Shown one piece after another: positions 38,934-48,010 of a DNA stretch of 64,000 bases; the stretch's first letter is position 1; every line of letters begins with the position of its first letter. Source of the DNA: Patescibacteria group bacterium (GTDB lineage: Bacteria > Patescibacteriota > Minisyncoccia > 2-02-FULL-40-12 > GWA2-44-9); the NCBI GenBank assembly GCA_038064455.1, contig JBBTTB010000006.1, forward strand, positions 5,147-69,146, read 5' to 3'. The notes beneath the pieces were generated by a model that saw nothing but the letters and a program-made list of their open reading frames with translations, had not been told where the DNA came from and did not search any database. Both the position numbers and the translations under genes were made by a program.

Positions 38934-40187
38934 ATGAGAACAGGAACTATTCTTATTCTTGGCGGTGGCTTTGCAGGAGTACGTACAGCACTCGATCTTG
39001 AAAAGACGCTCGGTGCGCGAGCGAATATTATCTTAGTAGATAAGAACCCATACCACCTCTTCTTGCCAGCACTCTATGAGGTTGCTGCAGCGTATGGTGC
39101 ACCACATGATCCATACACCATTATGTTGCGCCGTACTGTCGCCATCCCATTTAAGGATATCTTCGAAGGTAAGCGCATCACTCACATGCAGGCATCTGTG
39201 CTTGATGGAGATCTCGAACGGCGGATCATCCGCACGGACACAGGAATAGAAATTCCATATGACTTTCTTGTAGTTGGCTTGGGGAGTGAGGCTTCCGATT
39301 TTGGCATTTCTGGCGTCACCGATTATGTATACGGCTTTAAAACCCTTGATGACGCGATTGCCATTAATACTCGCCTCACCGATCTATTCCAAGAGGCAGA
39401 GCGGGGTGAGCGACGACTCCCCATTCGCGTTCTTGTGTGTGGTGCAGGTTTTACTGGTATTGAAACAGCTACAGAAATTGGCTCATGTGTGAAAAAATTT
39501 GCACGTGAGTGTAAGCTCCGTGGCCAGCCGACACACATCACGCTCTTTGATGCGAACTCCGATCTGTTGCCCAACGTTTCCGATGGTGAGCGTGAACGTA
39601 TAAAAACGCGCCTAACCGCTCGTGGTGTAGCGCTTGTATCTGGTGCCCGCGTTTCTTCAATCGAGTCTTCTTGTATTCATCTCGCTGATGGCCGCAGCTT
39701 TGATGGAGATATCATTATCTGGACCGCGGGCGTCCGTGCCCCGGGCGTCCTAGAGCGGATACACGGCCTTGATCTCACGCCTCAAGGTAAAATGGTCGTT
39801 GATGAGCAATTGAATATGCGACGGTATCCGAATGTATTTGGTGTTGGTGACGCAATTCATTTTATGGATCACGCGACTCAAAAACCAATTCCTGCTATGG
39901 CATACCTTGCTATGGATCATGGGAAGATCGCCGCACAAAATATTTTAAGAGTGATTGAAGGTAAAGAACTTCGCACACACAAACCCTCGTACGGTGTGTG
40001 GGTTGCTCCTGTTGGAGGCAAGTATGCTGTTGCACGTCTTCCCGGAGGCATCGTCTTTGGGGGTTTCGCCGCATGGCTCTTTCGAGAGTTCATCGATCTC
40101 CATTATTTCATTTCCATCTTACCGTTTAAAAAAGCCCTCTCACTTTTTTGGAGAGAGATAAAAGTTTTTACTGCGAACGATTTGTAG
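38934..40187 (+). CDS. FAD-dependent oxidoreductase (NDH-2-like)
   Basis: ILGGGFAG, GAGFTGIE, WTAG, VFGVGD. Confidence 0.88.
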   Translation: MRTGTILILGGGFAGVRTALDLEKTLGARANIILVDKNPYHLFLPALYEVAAAYGAPHDPYTIMLRRTVAIPFKDIFEGKRITHMQASVLDGDLERRIIRTDTGIEIPYDFLVVGLGSEASDFGISGVTDYVYGFKTLDDAIAINTRLTDLFQEAERGERRLPIRVLVCGAGFTGIETATEIGSCVKKFARECKLRGQPTHITLFDANSDLLPNVSDGERERIKTRLTARGVALVSGARVSSIESSCIHLADGRSFDGDIIIWTAGVRAPGVLERIHGLDLTPQGKMVVDEQLNMRRYPNVFGVGDAIHFMDHATQKPIPAMAYLAMDHGKIAAQNILRVIEGKELRTHKPSYGVWVAPVGGKYAVARLPGGIVFGGFAAWLFREFIDLHYFISILPFKKALSLFWREIKVFTANDL

Positions 40188-40479
40188 CGACCCATAGATC
40201 GCGCAGGGGAGAGGAGTGTCTTTTTTATGGAGGTGTCCCCCGGCATATGGCAGGGAAGTGGTTATGCGGAGGAGAGGGATAGAAGGAAGTGGCGCACTTA
40301 AAAAATGTTTCATGCGCACGCGGCGACATGATCAACGCACCGCAGATTAAGAAAGAGGACATTGTGCGGGATTATTAAAAGTTCTTATTTCAAAGGCTTT
40401 TCAGAAGACCCTACGTCGCATAACCTATATTGTGCGACAGTCTCTCCTATGCGCGATATGGCGGTTTATATAAAAATCA

Positions 40480-40503
40480 AAGCGGCCCGGGTGTGGGCCG
40501 CTC
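40480..40503 (-). terminator. Terminator of a minus-strand orphan
   Basis: agcggccc...gggccgct with an A-rich flank on the + strand. Confidence 0.6.
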
Positions 40504-40543
40504 TCCTGTTTTTGATCTCTGCCTCCTCTTGTAAGGATGCCTC

Positions 40544-40900
40544 TTATCTCCTTTCAGCCCCTTGGCACTCTTTGGCTCCGACCCTGACCTTTAGGCACCC
40601 CGCACCCTTATCCAGGTCATACGGGTGCATGTGGATCAAGAACTTGCCTCCAGGAGCCTCCAGACGTGTCACCGTGGGTGCGTTGACCTTCGTAGCGCCG
40701 TCTGCAACGACGCACACGCGGTCAACGGGAATCGTTCCGAACGCTTCAGCGCCTTGTGGGTTCAGCTCGATATACATCACGCCGAGCAACTCGTGTACGT
40801 CGGCGAACCTGCCGCACGTTGCGCGTTCATGTACTGGCAACAGTGTTTTCGTTTCGCCAACGAGAAACACCTGCGCAGCCATCAAAAACAGAAATTTCAT
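40544..40900 (-). CDS. Small hypothetical, possibly secreted, protein with 4 Cys
   Basis: GGAGG SD; TTGATT/TATAAT promoter; MKFLFLMAA start. Confidence 0.7.
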   Translation of the reverse strand: MKFLFLMAAQVFLVGETKTLLPVHERATCGRFADVHELLGVMYIELNPQGAEAFGTIPVDRVCVVADGATKVNAPTVTRLEAPGGKFLIHMHPYDLDKGAGCLKVRVGAKECQGAERR

Positions 40901-40976
40901 CTCCGCCTCCAAAACATATTATACAATAATAATGTAAATAATCAAATATACGCCACGGTATGCTCTTGATACACTA

Positions 40977-41663
40977 ATGTCCATGTCCCGCCTCATATTT
41001 GATATCGAAACCGTTGGAGCCGATTTTGAGAGCTTTGATGCCACAACGCAGGAGTACCTCCTCTCCAGTGCGAAAACGCCCGAAGAGCAAGATTTAGTAC
41101 GTGATCGCATGGGGTTCTCTCCACTTACAGGAGAAATCGTGGCTATTTCCATTTTAAACCCCGACACCCACAAAGGAGCTACGTTTTTTCAGGCACCCGA
41201 GAGTAACCTTGAGCCGTATACAAAAGATGACGTGCAATATGTCCCCAGCACCGAAAAAGAGATCCTCCAACGCTTTTGGGACGCCGCGCGCTACTACGAT
41301 CAGTTCATCACCTTCAACGGACGCGCATTTGATGCACCGTTTGTGATTGTGCGCTCTGCGGTGCACAGCGTGCATCCTACGCGTGATCTAATGCCTAATC
41401 GGTACAGCGGTGAAGGTCACGTAGACCTTTTTGACCGCCTCTCGTTCTTTGGTGCGGTGCGGAAGACCATGAGCCTCCACATGTGGTGCCAAGCGTTTGG
41501 TATCGCAAGCTCGAAAGCTGATGGAGTCACGGGTGATGATGTGGCTCGCCTGTTCATGGAAAAGAAGTATACCGATATCGCTGAATACTGTTTCCGTGAT
41601 GTGGTTGCTACCGCGGAGTTATTTAAGATCTGGGAGACGTATATGCAACCTCCCCGAAGATAA
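40977..41663 (+). CDS. DEDD 3'-5' exonuclease related to the PolB proofreading domain
   Basis: FDIET, FNGRAFDAP, HVDL, YCFRDV; start may be 40983. Confidence 0.88.
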   Translation: MSMSRLIFDIETVGADFESFDATTQEYLLSSAKTPEEQDLVRDRMGFSPLTGEIVAISILNPDTHKGATFFQAPESNLEPYTKDDVQYVPSTEKEILQRFWDAARYYDQFITFNGRAFDAPFVIVRSAVHSVHPTRDLMPNRYSGEGHVDLFDRLSFFGAVRKTMSLHMWCQAFGIASSKADGVTGDDVARLFMEKKYTDIAEYCFRDVVATAELFKIWETYMQPPRR

Positions 41664-42406
41664 TGAACGAATATTCAAGCGTCGCAGACTTTCGTGCAAA
41701 AGCGGGCTACGAACATGGCGGCATGTGGTATCCCCGTGTTACCTCTATTCTTTCTATTAAGGCAAAGCCTGCGCTGTATGCGTTCTATGGTCGCATGCCA
41801 AGCTTTGCGGCCGGCAAAGCAATGACCGAGCGCTCAGCACAAGAAGGCACTGCGGTGCACGAAGCAGTAGAGAACATCCTTCGAGGCAAAGTAGAGGAGC
41901 CATCCCCCGCCGTATTACCAAGTGTGCGCGCCTTTCAAGCATTTCTCATGGCGCATGATGTAAAACCGTTAAGTATAGAAGAGCCGGTTATAAATGATGA
42001 GCACCACTACATTGGCACCCTTGATGTGCTCGCCGAGATCGATGGCCGCGTGGGTGTGCTAGACATTAAAACTTCAAAAGGCATTTACCGTGAATATGGT
42101 ATGCAAACGGCGGCCTATATTGGTGCCCTTCAAGAACGTGGCACACTCCCCGACCTCACGAGTTGGGTCATTCGCCTGGATCAACACAAGGAATGCGAAA
42201 CATGTGGTGCGCGCATGCGTTCAAAAGGTGGTATGCCTACGGTGCGTGGCGGTGTTTATACGTGCAGACACACATGGTCACCCGAACATGGCGAATATGA
42301 ATTTAGTGAACTCCTCGACACCCAGCACAACTTTGAAGCATTCCTTGCCGCAAAGAAGCTCTGGGAATGGGAGCACGTAGCGTTTCTGAAAGAAATTGCC
42401 AAATAA
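41663..42406 (+). CDS. PD-(D/E)XK nuclease-family protein with Cys-rich insert
   Basis: RVTSIL, GTAVH, GTLD...LDIKT, Q..AY, CETC...C.H. Confidence 0.82.
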   Translation: MNEYSSVADFRAKAGYEHGGMWYPRVTSILSIKAKPALYAFYGRMPSFAAGKAMTERSAQEGTAVHEAVENILRGKVEEPSPAVLPSVRAFQAFLMAHDVKPLSIEEPVINDEHHYIGTLDVLAEIDGRVGVLDIKTSKGIYREYGMQTAAYIGALQERGTLPDLTSWVIRLDQHKECETCGARMRSKGGMPTVRGGVYTCRHTWSPEHGEYEFSELLDTQHNFEAFLAAKKLWEWEHVAFLKEIAK

Positions 42407-42448
42407 AGAGAGCGATGGTACGATTTTCCCTTCGAAGGAGGCGGTGAG

Positions 42449-42658
42449 ATGATTACGCTCGACATTGAAGTTGACCTGACAGCAGAGGGCCTGTGCGCAC
42501 TTGATGAGATGGGCGAACATTGGGGACGCTCCAAAAGCGAGCTCGCCATCCTCGGCTGGACGCTCTTGATGCAGGCGCGTCTCTGCCATACGGAGGGAAC
42601 GCCTATCGAATGCACGCTCCCCGACGGCACAGTCGTGAGGATCTCTGCCCTGAAGTAG
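42449..42658 (+). CDS. Small ribbon-helix-helix (CopG-like) protein
   Basis: IEVDL...ALDEM...GRSKSEL pattern; AAGGAGG SD; terminator follows. Confidence 0.6.
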   Translation: MITLDIEVDLTAEGLCALDEMGEHWGRSKSELAILGWTLLMQARLCHTEGTPIECTLPDGTVVRISALK

Positions 42659-42691
42659 GCATGCCCCCCGCACCATTGCGGGGGTTCGTTT

Positions 42692-43087
42692 TTATCTGCA
42701 ATTATCCGCCAGAGAGTATCCTGCCGCTTGGGCGGCGAGTTCATTATCGAACCAGAGTTTGTTTTCTTCTTTAATACGCGAAACACCAGAGCACCAGCTG
42801 TAGTGGTACTTCTTACTGGAAGAGCTTTTTGAAACCACCACGCGGGCATCTCGAGGCGCTTGCGGTGCCGGGGTTTTGCCGCCCCCTATCCCCGCCTGGC
42901 TCGCAAGCTGTGCTGTGAATATCTGCGCGCCGTCTTCTATGGTAATGGGTGCTACGGTGCCGCTTTCCTGTGACTTGAGGCCTAATTGGTAGCTGATAAA
43001 GGCAATGGCGACCATGCACAGCACGACAAAGATCTCGTGGAATGAGCGCTTGACGAATGTAGCTGTTTTTGCTAGGATTTCTCTCAC
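42692..43087 (-). CDS. Membrane-anchored protein with Ada metal-binding-like C-terminal domain
   Basis: TM followed by SKSSSSKKYHYSWC...F..ELAAQAAGY..C; start uncertain. Confidence 0.75.
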   Translation of the reverse strand: MREILAKTATFVKRSFHEIFVVLCMVAIAFISYQLGLKSQESGTVAPITIEDGAQIFTAQLASQAGIGGGKTPAPQAPRDARVVVSKSSSSKKYHYSWCSGVSRIKEENKLWFDNELAAQAAGYSLADNCR

Positions 43088-43111
43088 GTTTATTAGTTTA
43101 CACGATCCGCT

Positions 43112-43396
43112 ATGGCACATACAAAGGCAATAGGTTCAACACAACTTGGACGCGACTCACAGCCAAAATATCGTGGCGTGAAGTTGCATGACGGACAAAA
43201 GGCAGCAGCCGGTAACGTGATCATCCGTCAAACGGGTAGCACGTACCTCGCTGGTGACGGTGTCCGCGTTGGCAAAGACTACACACTCTATGCCGCGCAT
43301 GATGGCATTGTTCGCTTTACCACTACTCGTAAAATGAACTATGATGGCTCACGTCGCGTAGCGAAAGTGGTCCACGTTATTCCTGCAAAGAGCTAA
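43112..43396 (+). CDS. rpmA: 50S ribosomal protein L27
   Basis: MAHTKAIGST.LGRDSQPK.RGVK. Confidence 0.97.
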   Translation: MAHTKAIGSTQLGRDSQPKYRGVKLHDGQKAAAGNVIIRQTGSTYLAGDGVRVGKDYTLYAAHDGIVRFTTTRKMNYDGSRRVAKVVHVIPAKS

Positions 43397-43410
43397 TCAC
43401 AAGCCTCGAG

Positions 43411-43438
43411 AAAACACCGCCCCATGGGCGGTGTTTTT
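43411..43438. terminator. Bidirectional terminator between rpmA and rplI
   Basis: aaaacaccgccc-cat-gggcggtgtttt. Confidence 0.9.
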
Positions 43439-43439
43439 G

Positions 43440-43895
43440 TTACTCCTCGGTGCCAGTGATGGTGACCATGACGGGCGCCTCGACTTCCTCAAAGAGGTTG
43501 AGCGTGGCAGTGTGTTCGCCCACTGTTTTTATGGCATGTTCGGCGATATGTACGGCGTCTACTTCCACAGATACCCCTAATTGCTTCAAAATGGCCTCTG
43601 CGAGCTCTTTTCGGCCCACTGCGGCAAAGAGGGTGCCTGAAGCGTTTGCCTTCTCCTGGAGCGAAATATGGGCTCCGGAAAGCTTATCTCGTAAGGCAAG
43701 GGCCGTATCGCGCTCTTCTGCCATAAGGAGGCCTCGCTTTTCCTGAAGAGCGGCAGCTTCTTTTTCAGCGTTCTCGGTTGCGAACTTCGCAATGCCACGA
43801 GGGATGAGAAAGTTGCGTGCATAGCCATCGGTCACCGTTTTAATGTCCCCGATCTTGGCTACACCGCGGACGTTGTGCAAGAAGATTACTTTCAT
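43440..43895 (-). CDS. rplI: 50S ribosomal protein L9
   Basis: MKVIF...[11 protein letters not shown]. Confidence 0.96.
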   Translation of the reverse strand: MKVIFLHNVRGVAKIGDIKTVTDGYARNFLIPRGIAKFATENAEKEAAALQEKRGLLMAEERDTALALRDKLSGAHISLQEKANASGTLFAAVGRKELAEAILKQLGVSVEVDAVHIAEHAIKTVGEHTATLNLFEEVEAPVMVTITGTEE

Positions 43896-43904
43896 AAGTG
43901 GGTA

Positions 43905-45131
43905 TTATTTCAGGAGTTCGAGTGCTTTGTCAAGTTGTGGATCTTTGCCCGGAGTGCCAAACACTACCGTTCCTGCCGTGATTGCATCTTCGGAGAGCAC
44001 TACTTTTACATCCGGCTCGATCCCCTTTTCTGAAATAGAGATACCATTTGGCGTAAGCCAGCGCGCAACAGTGACTTTGAGCGCAGAACCTCCGGGGAAT
44101 TCAATGACTTCTTGCACAGAACCCTTGCCGAACGTCTTTTCACCTACGATGCGGATACTGCGAACATCATGGAGCGCGCCGGCAAGAATCTCTGACGCCG
44201 AAGCAGAGCCGCCATTGGTAAGAATAACGATCGAGTAGTCGCGAAGCTCTGGCTCGCCAGAAGTGCGAAAGACATTTTCGCTTCCATCACCAAACCGTTC
44301 AATGGTGACGGTGCTTCCTGGATCCAAGAACCATCCAGCAATATACACGGAAGAATCCAAGAGGCCTCCCGGGTTACTGCGAAGATCAAGAATGATATTC
44401 TTTGCACTTGTCTTTTGGATCTCGCGCGCCGCTTTGCGGAATTCATCGTCAACATTCTGGTTAAATGTTGAAAGCTCTATATATGCAGTGTTGGCATTTA
44501 AGAGGGACCACTCCACTGCGGGGATGCGGATGTTTTCACGCACCATGGCAATATCGGCATCGGGGTTGCCGTTGCGACGAATAGAAAGCGTGACCGTGCT
44601 TCCACGACTGCCACGAATAAGAGTGACAGCTTCTTCTACCGTCATGTCGGCCGTTGTTTTTTTATCGATAGCGAGAATAATATCTCCCGTGCGAACGCCA
44701 GCACGAAATGCGGGAGTATTTTTGATCGGAGAAATGACCGTGAGAAGATCGTTTCGTTTGCCAATCTCAATGCCGACACCGGAGAACGTTCCGGAGATCT
44801 CATCGCGGAACTTTTTATTCGTCACCGGCTCAAAAAAGACAGTGTATTGATCACCCGCCGCTTGGATCATGCCCGCGATGGCGCCATAGATAAGATCTTG
44901 TGTGCTTAGTTTCTCTGAATCAACAAAACGTTCATGAAGCGCATCCCACGCATTCCAAAAGAGTGTGAAGTCGACATCAGCAGGTTGGCCAACATTCTCT
45001 CGTACCAGCGTGCTCGCATGTTGCAAGGAACCACCAAGTGACCCCTCATCAGCAACAGATCCTAATATAAAACCAGCAGCGAGTGCTGCGAGGATACCTC
45101 CAAGTAATGTTAATTTTATGTGTCGTTCCAT
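43905..45131 (-). CDS. Carboxyl-terminal processing protease (S41, PDZ)
   Basis: GVGIEI, LDLRSNPGG, SASASE, TFGKGSVQ. Confidence 0.95.
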   Translation of the reverse strand: MERHIKLTLLGGILAALAAGFILGSVADEGSLGGSLQHASTLVRENVGQPADVDFTLFWNAWDALHERFVDSEKLSTQDLIYGAIAGMIQAAGDQYTVFFEPVTNKKFRDEISGTFSGVGIEIGKRNDLLTVISPIKNTPAFRAGVRTGDIILAIDKKTTADMTVEEAVTLIRGSRGSTVTLSIRRNGNPDADIAMVRENIRIPAVEWSLLNANTAYIELSTFNQNVDDEFRKAAREIQKTSAKNIILDLRSNPGGLLDSSVYIAGWFLDPGSTVTIERFGDGSENVFRTSGEPELRDYSIVILTNGGSASASEILAGALHDVRSIRIVGEKTFGKGSVQEVIEFPGGSALKVTVARWLTPNGISISEKGIEPDVKVVLSEDAITAGTVVFGTPGKDPQLDKALELLK

Positions 45132-45133
45132 TA

Positions 45134-45949
45134 TTATGTATGTAATCGCTGTGGGAATAATCCGTAGGTACGGAGATAGCGCATTCCGTCAAGAATGTGC
45201 CGTCGTGTCGTTTGTTTCATGAGCGCATCCCACAGCCAGAAGCGCCCCTTTGATTCACGTCGCAAGTAATGATACATGCGAGCACGTGATGCGCGGACAA
45301 CAGTGAGCCTATTGTCCCAAATACGTCGTGCCCAGTCAACGTCACTCAAGTAGTGAAAGAACGTTGGATTAAAAAAACCAACGCGTTGGAGCGTCTCGCG
45401 GCGCGTCATAAGTGCTGCACCAAGTGCCCAATCAACTTCTTGGAGCTCTTCTGTCTGCGCATTAGTATAGAGATACGCATTGAGTGCTTTTGTGCGTCCC
45501 GGGATCCACATGCGCCGCGCGAGAATACTTGAAAGCGTTGGCATGCGGAATGTTGAAGCTTGCACAGTGCCATCAAAATTGAAAAGTGTTGGCGCAACGA
45601 GTCCAATCGCGGGATGTTCCTCCAATGTATGCGCCAGCATTTCAAGCGAGCCATGTTCTGGGACGATATCGGGATTCAAAATACAGATATAATCCCCTGT
45701 CGCCCTCTCTACACCAAGGATATTTCCTTTTGTGTAGCCAGTATTCTCTGTACGAGGCACAAGCACAATGTTTTGAAAGAGCGCCGCGCCTTCATCGCGC
45801 ACCACTGCGCGTGTTTCTGGTGTGGAGGCACTATCAACGATGATCACCTCAAGGTCTGTGGTGGGTAAAACGGCACGCGAGAGTGATTGCAGTGCGAGGC
45901 GCAGAAGCGCTGGCCGCTGATAGTTCACAATAATGCAAGAAATACGCAT
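45134..45949 (-). CDS. GT2 glycosyltransferase
   Basis: IIVNY, VDSAS, LNPD, GAAL, YLSDVDW. Confidence 0.9.
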   Translation of the reverse strand: MRISCIIVNYQRPALLRLALQSLSRAVLPTTDLEVIIVDSASTPETRAVVRDEGAALFQNIVLVPRTENTGYTKGNILGVERATGDYICILNPDIVPEHGSLEMLAHTLEEHPAIGLVAPTLFNFDGTVQASTFRMPTLSSILARRMWIPGRTKALNAYLYTNAQTEELQEVDWALGAALMTRRETLQRVGFFNPTFFHYLSDVDWARRIWDNRLTVVRASRARMYHYLRRESKGRFWLWDALMKQTTRRHILDGMRYLRTYGLFPQRLHT

Positions 45950-45953
45950 GTGA

Positions 45954-46961
45954 TTATTGCATTGAAGTGCTAATAAAATCACGGACGATCTGCCAATTAC
46001 CATCACGTGGCAAAAGCACGTAAGAACCCGTAGAGCTCTTTGTCTCCTGGAGCACGTTCTCGGGAGTAAGTACGATGCGTTTCTGCGTGGTTGATCCGCT
46101 TAGTGATTTACCTAGAGACAAAAGGCTCGTCATGTCTAATACATTAATATCAGTAACAATGTGAGAGCGAATCGTCTGCATGAGCGCTACGATACGCCCG
46201 GGCTCTGAAAGGAGTTGGAGTGATAGTGCCTTATCTTTAATAGCACTGATTACTTGCTGTTGGCGCCGCGCGCGATCAAAGTCGTTTGAGGAATAACGCG
46301 ACCGAACATAGTAGAGCGCTTGTTCGCCGTTGAGATGATTTTCTCCTGCTGGCAATAAGAACGTATAGCCCCACTGCTGTTTTTCTTCAAACGGCGTAGC
46401 TAGTGTAATAGTGATGCCGCCAAGATCATCAACGATCTTCTGAAATGCGGTGAAGTTAAAGACGACTGCGTGGTCTATATATACGCCAGTGATCTGCGAT
46501 ACTAATTTTTTAGTCCCGTTCAATCCAAGATATTCATATGCGGCGTTGAGTTTGTCGGCCCTCGTGTCCGTAATGCGAGTATACAGGTCGCGTGGAAGTG
46601 AAATTAAAGCTGATTTTTTCGTAGACGTATCGTAGCGTAAAAGCAAAATGGTGTCCGTAAGAAGCCCGCCATCAGGATCGTCTTTACCGCGCATGCCAAG
46701 GAGTAAGATATCGAGTGTTGCGTCTTTATCTGGAGTCACATACGAATCTTCTTCAATAGCGTGCACAAGCTCTGGAGGAAGTACGTGGTCAGCAATAATA
46801 GCTGTTCCAGACCCGCCTAGAGTGATATCAAAGCTTGTATTACGAAAAGACTGTGTCCACGCTATAAGCGCTATGGCACACAGTATAAGCCCTACGACGG
46901 TCAGCACGACTCTTCGAGAAGTGCGGGATTCTGACAATTGTTGGTTATTTAGTGAATACAT
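45954..46961 (-). CDS. LytR-CpsA-Psr (LCP) family phosphotransferase
   Basis: LTDTI, SLPRD, KLNAAY, YVRSR, DFDRARRQQ. Confidence 0.94.
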   Translation of the reverse strand: MYSLNNQQLSESRTSRRVVLTVVGLILCAIALIAWTQSFRNTSFDITLGGSGTAIIADHVLPPELVHAIEEDSYVTPDKDATLDILLLGMRGKDDPDGGLLTDTILLLRYDTSTKKSALISLPRDLYTRITDTRADKLNAAYEYLGLNGTKKLVSQITGVYIDHAVVFNFTAFQKIVDDLGGITITLATPFEEKQQWGYTFLLPAGENHLNGEQALYYVRSRYSSNDFDRARRQQQVISAIKDKALSLQLLSEPGRIVALMQTIRSHIVTDINVLDMTSLLSLGKSLSGSTTQKRIVLTPENVLQETKSSTGSYVLLPRDGNWQIVRDFISTSMQ

Positions 46962-48010
46962 GACCGAAGCTCATCTCCAGAAACGAGCACACGTTGTTGC
47001 ACAAAGCCACGCTTTCGAAGCATACGGGGCAATAAAACGATCGCCTCTCCTATGCCTCGGAGTACGCTCCAATCAAACAGAAGCGCATAGCACAGGGCCC
47101 CAAGATCGCGCGCCAGAATAAAAGGAGCATCTATGAGAAGATGCGTACGCAACTCATTCTTAACCATTGTACACCTATTATTTCTCCAATCCAATTGGCG
47201 TTTCAGAGGTGTAATGGCTCGTCGTGCGCGGATGCGAGATGGCACCAAGGACTGCCACCAGTGCCTTACAACAGATTTTGTTGTTGTACGGTCGTGATAT
47301 GCGTGCGCGGTGGGGCACAACACCTGTTTCCAGTCGCGTAAACGCATGCGCCACGCAATATCGAGATCGTCACCGTACCCTATGCGCAGATCGCCTATGT
47401 GTGCGTAATAGTCTTTATCAATAATACCCTCCTCGAGTGCGCTATCGAGTAAGGCGCTCTTCTTAAAGAATGGCATTGCTCCCTCAACGCCGAAAATAGG
47501 CGCGGTATCGTGTTGGCCGTCGTCCTTCTCCCCTTGTCCGATATTATATACACGCCGCGAACGAGACATGCCAAAGCCGCACGTATCAATGATGTGTGAT
47601 TGATCCCATGTATTTGAGGCAATGTCCGCGAATGTGTATTGGAATACCTTTGCCTGTACCGCGCCGATACGTTCATCAGCGTCTGCACATGTAACAAGTG
47701 CTTCGATACAATCTGGCGCCAAAAGCACATCTACCGAAAGCGAAAGGATATATGCGCCGTGCGTATACTGCATCGCTTCAACCTGTCCTGGCCACATGCC
47801 AATATTGTGAGGATGTGCGATCATCTTAGCTTGAGGCAACATCTCCTGTGCGACAGCGCGCGTTTCATCGCGAGAGGCGTTGTCAAAAACAATGACTTCG
47901 ATGTTCTGATATGTTTGTTTCAAGAGCGCTTCAGCGCACGCGCGCATGTAGCGAGCACCGTTTGAAACAACCAGCACAACGGAAACGAGTGGGTTAGATG
48001 CGGTGCTCAT
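46949..48010 (-). CDS. GT2 glycosyltransferase
   Basis: VSVVL, FDNASRD, DDLDIAWR. Confidence 0.9.
   Translation of the reverse strand: MSTASNPLVSVVLVVSNGARYMRACAEALLKQTYQNIEVIVFDNASRDETRAVAQEMLPQAKMIAHPHNIGMWPGQVEAMQYTHGAYILSLSVDVLLAPDCIEALVTCADADERIGAVQAKVFQYTFADIASNTWDQSHIIDTCGFGMSRSRRVYNIGQGEKDDGQHDTAPIFGVEGAMPFFKKSALLDSALEEGIIDKDYYAHIGDLRIGYGDDLDIAWRMRLRDWKQVLCPTAHAYHDRTTTKSVVRHWWQSLVPSRIRARRAITPLKRQLDWRNNRCTMVKNELRTHLLIDAPFILARDLGALCYALLFDWSVLRGIGEAIVLLPRMLRKRGFVQQRVLVSGDELRSCIH

Noticed and set aside
40190-40465. RNase P RNA or tmRNA
   Set aside because: The hallmark motifs were not found on either strand; kept only as an unassigned structured region
40362-40937. 191-aa plus-strand ORF
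   Set aside because: The minus-strand ORF 40544-40900 has the promoter, SD and terminator; the plus ORF has none
41663-42406. Cas4 of a CRISPR-Cas locus
   Set aside because: No cas1/cas2 or array, and the Cys layout differs from the Cas4 1+3 pattern
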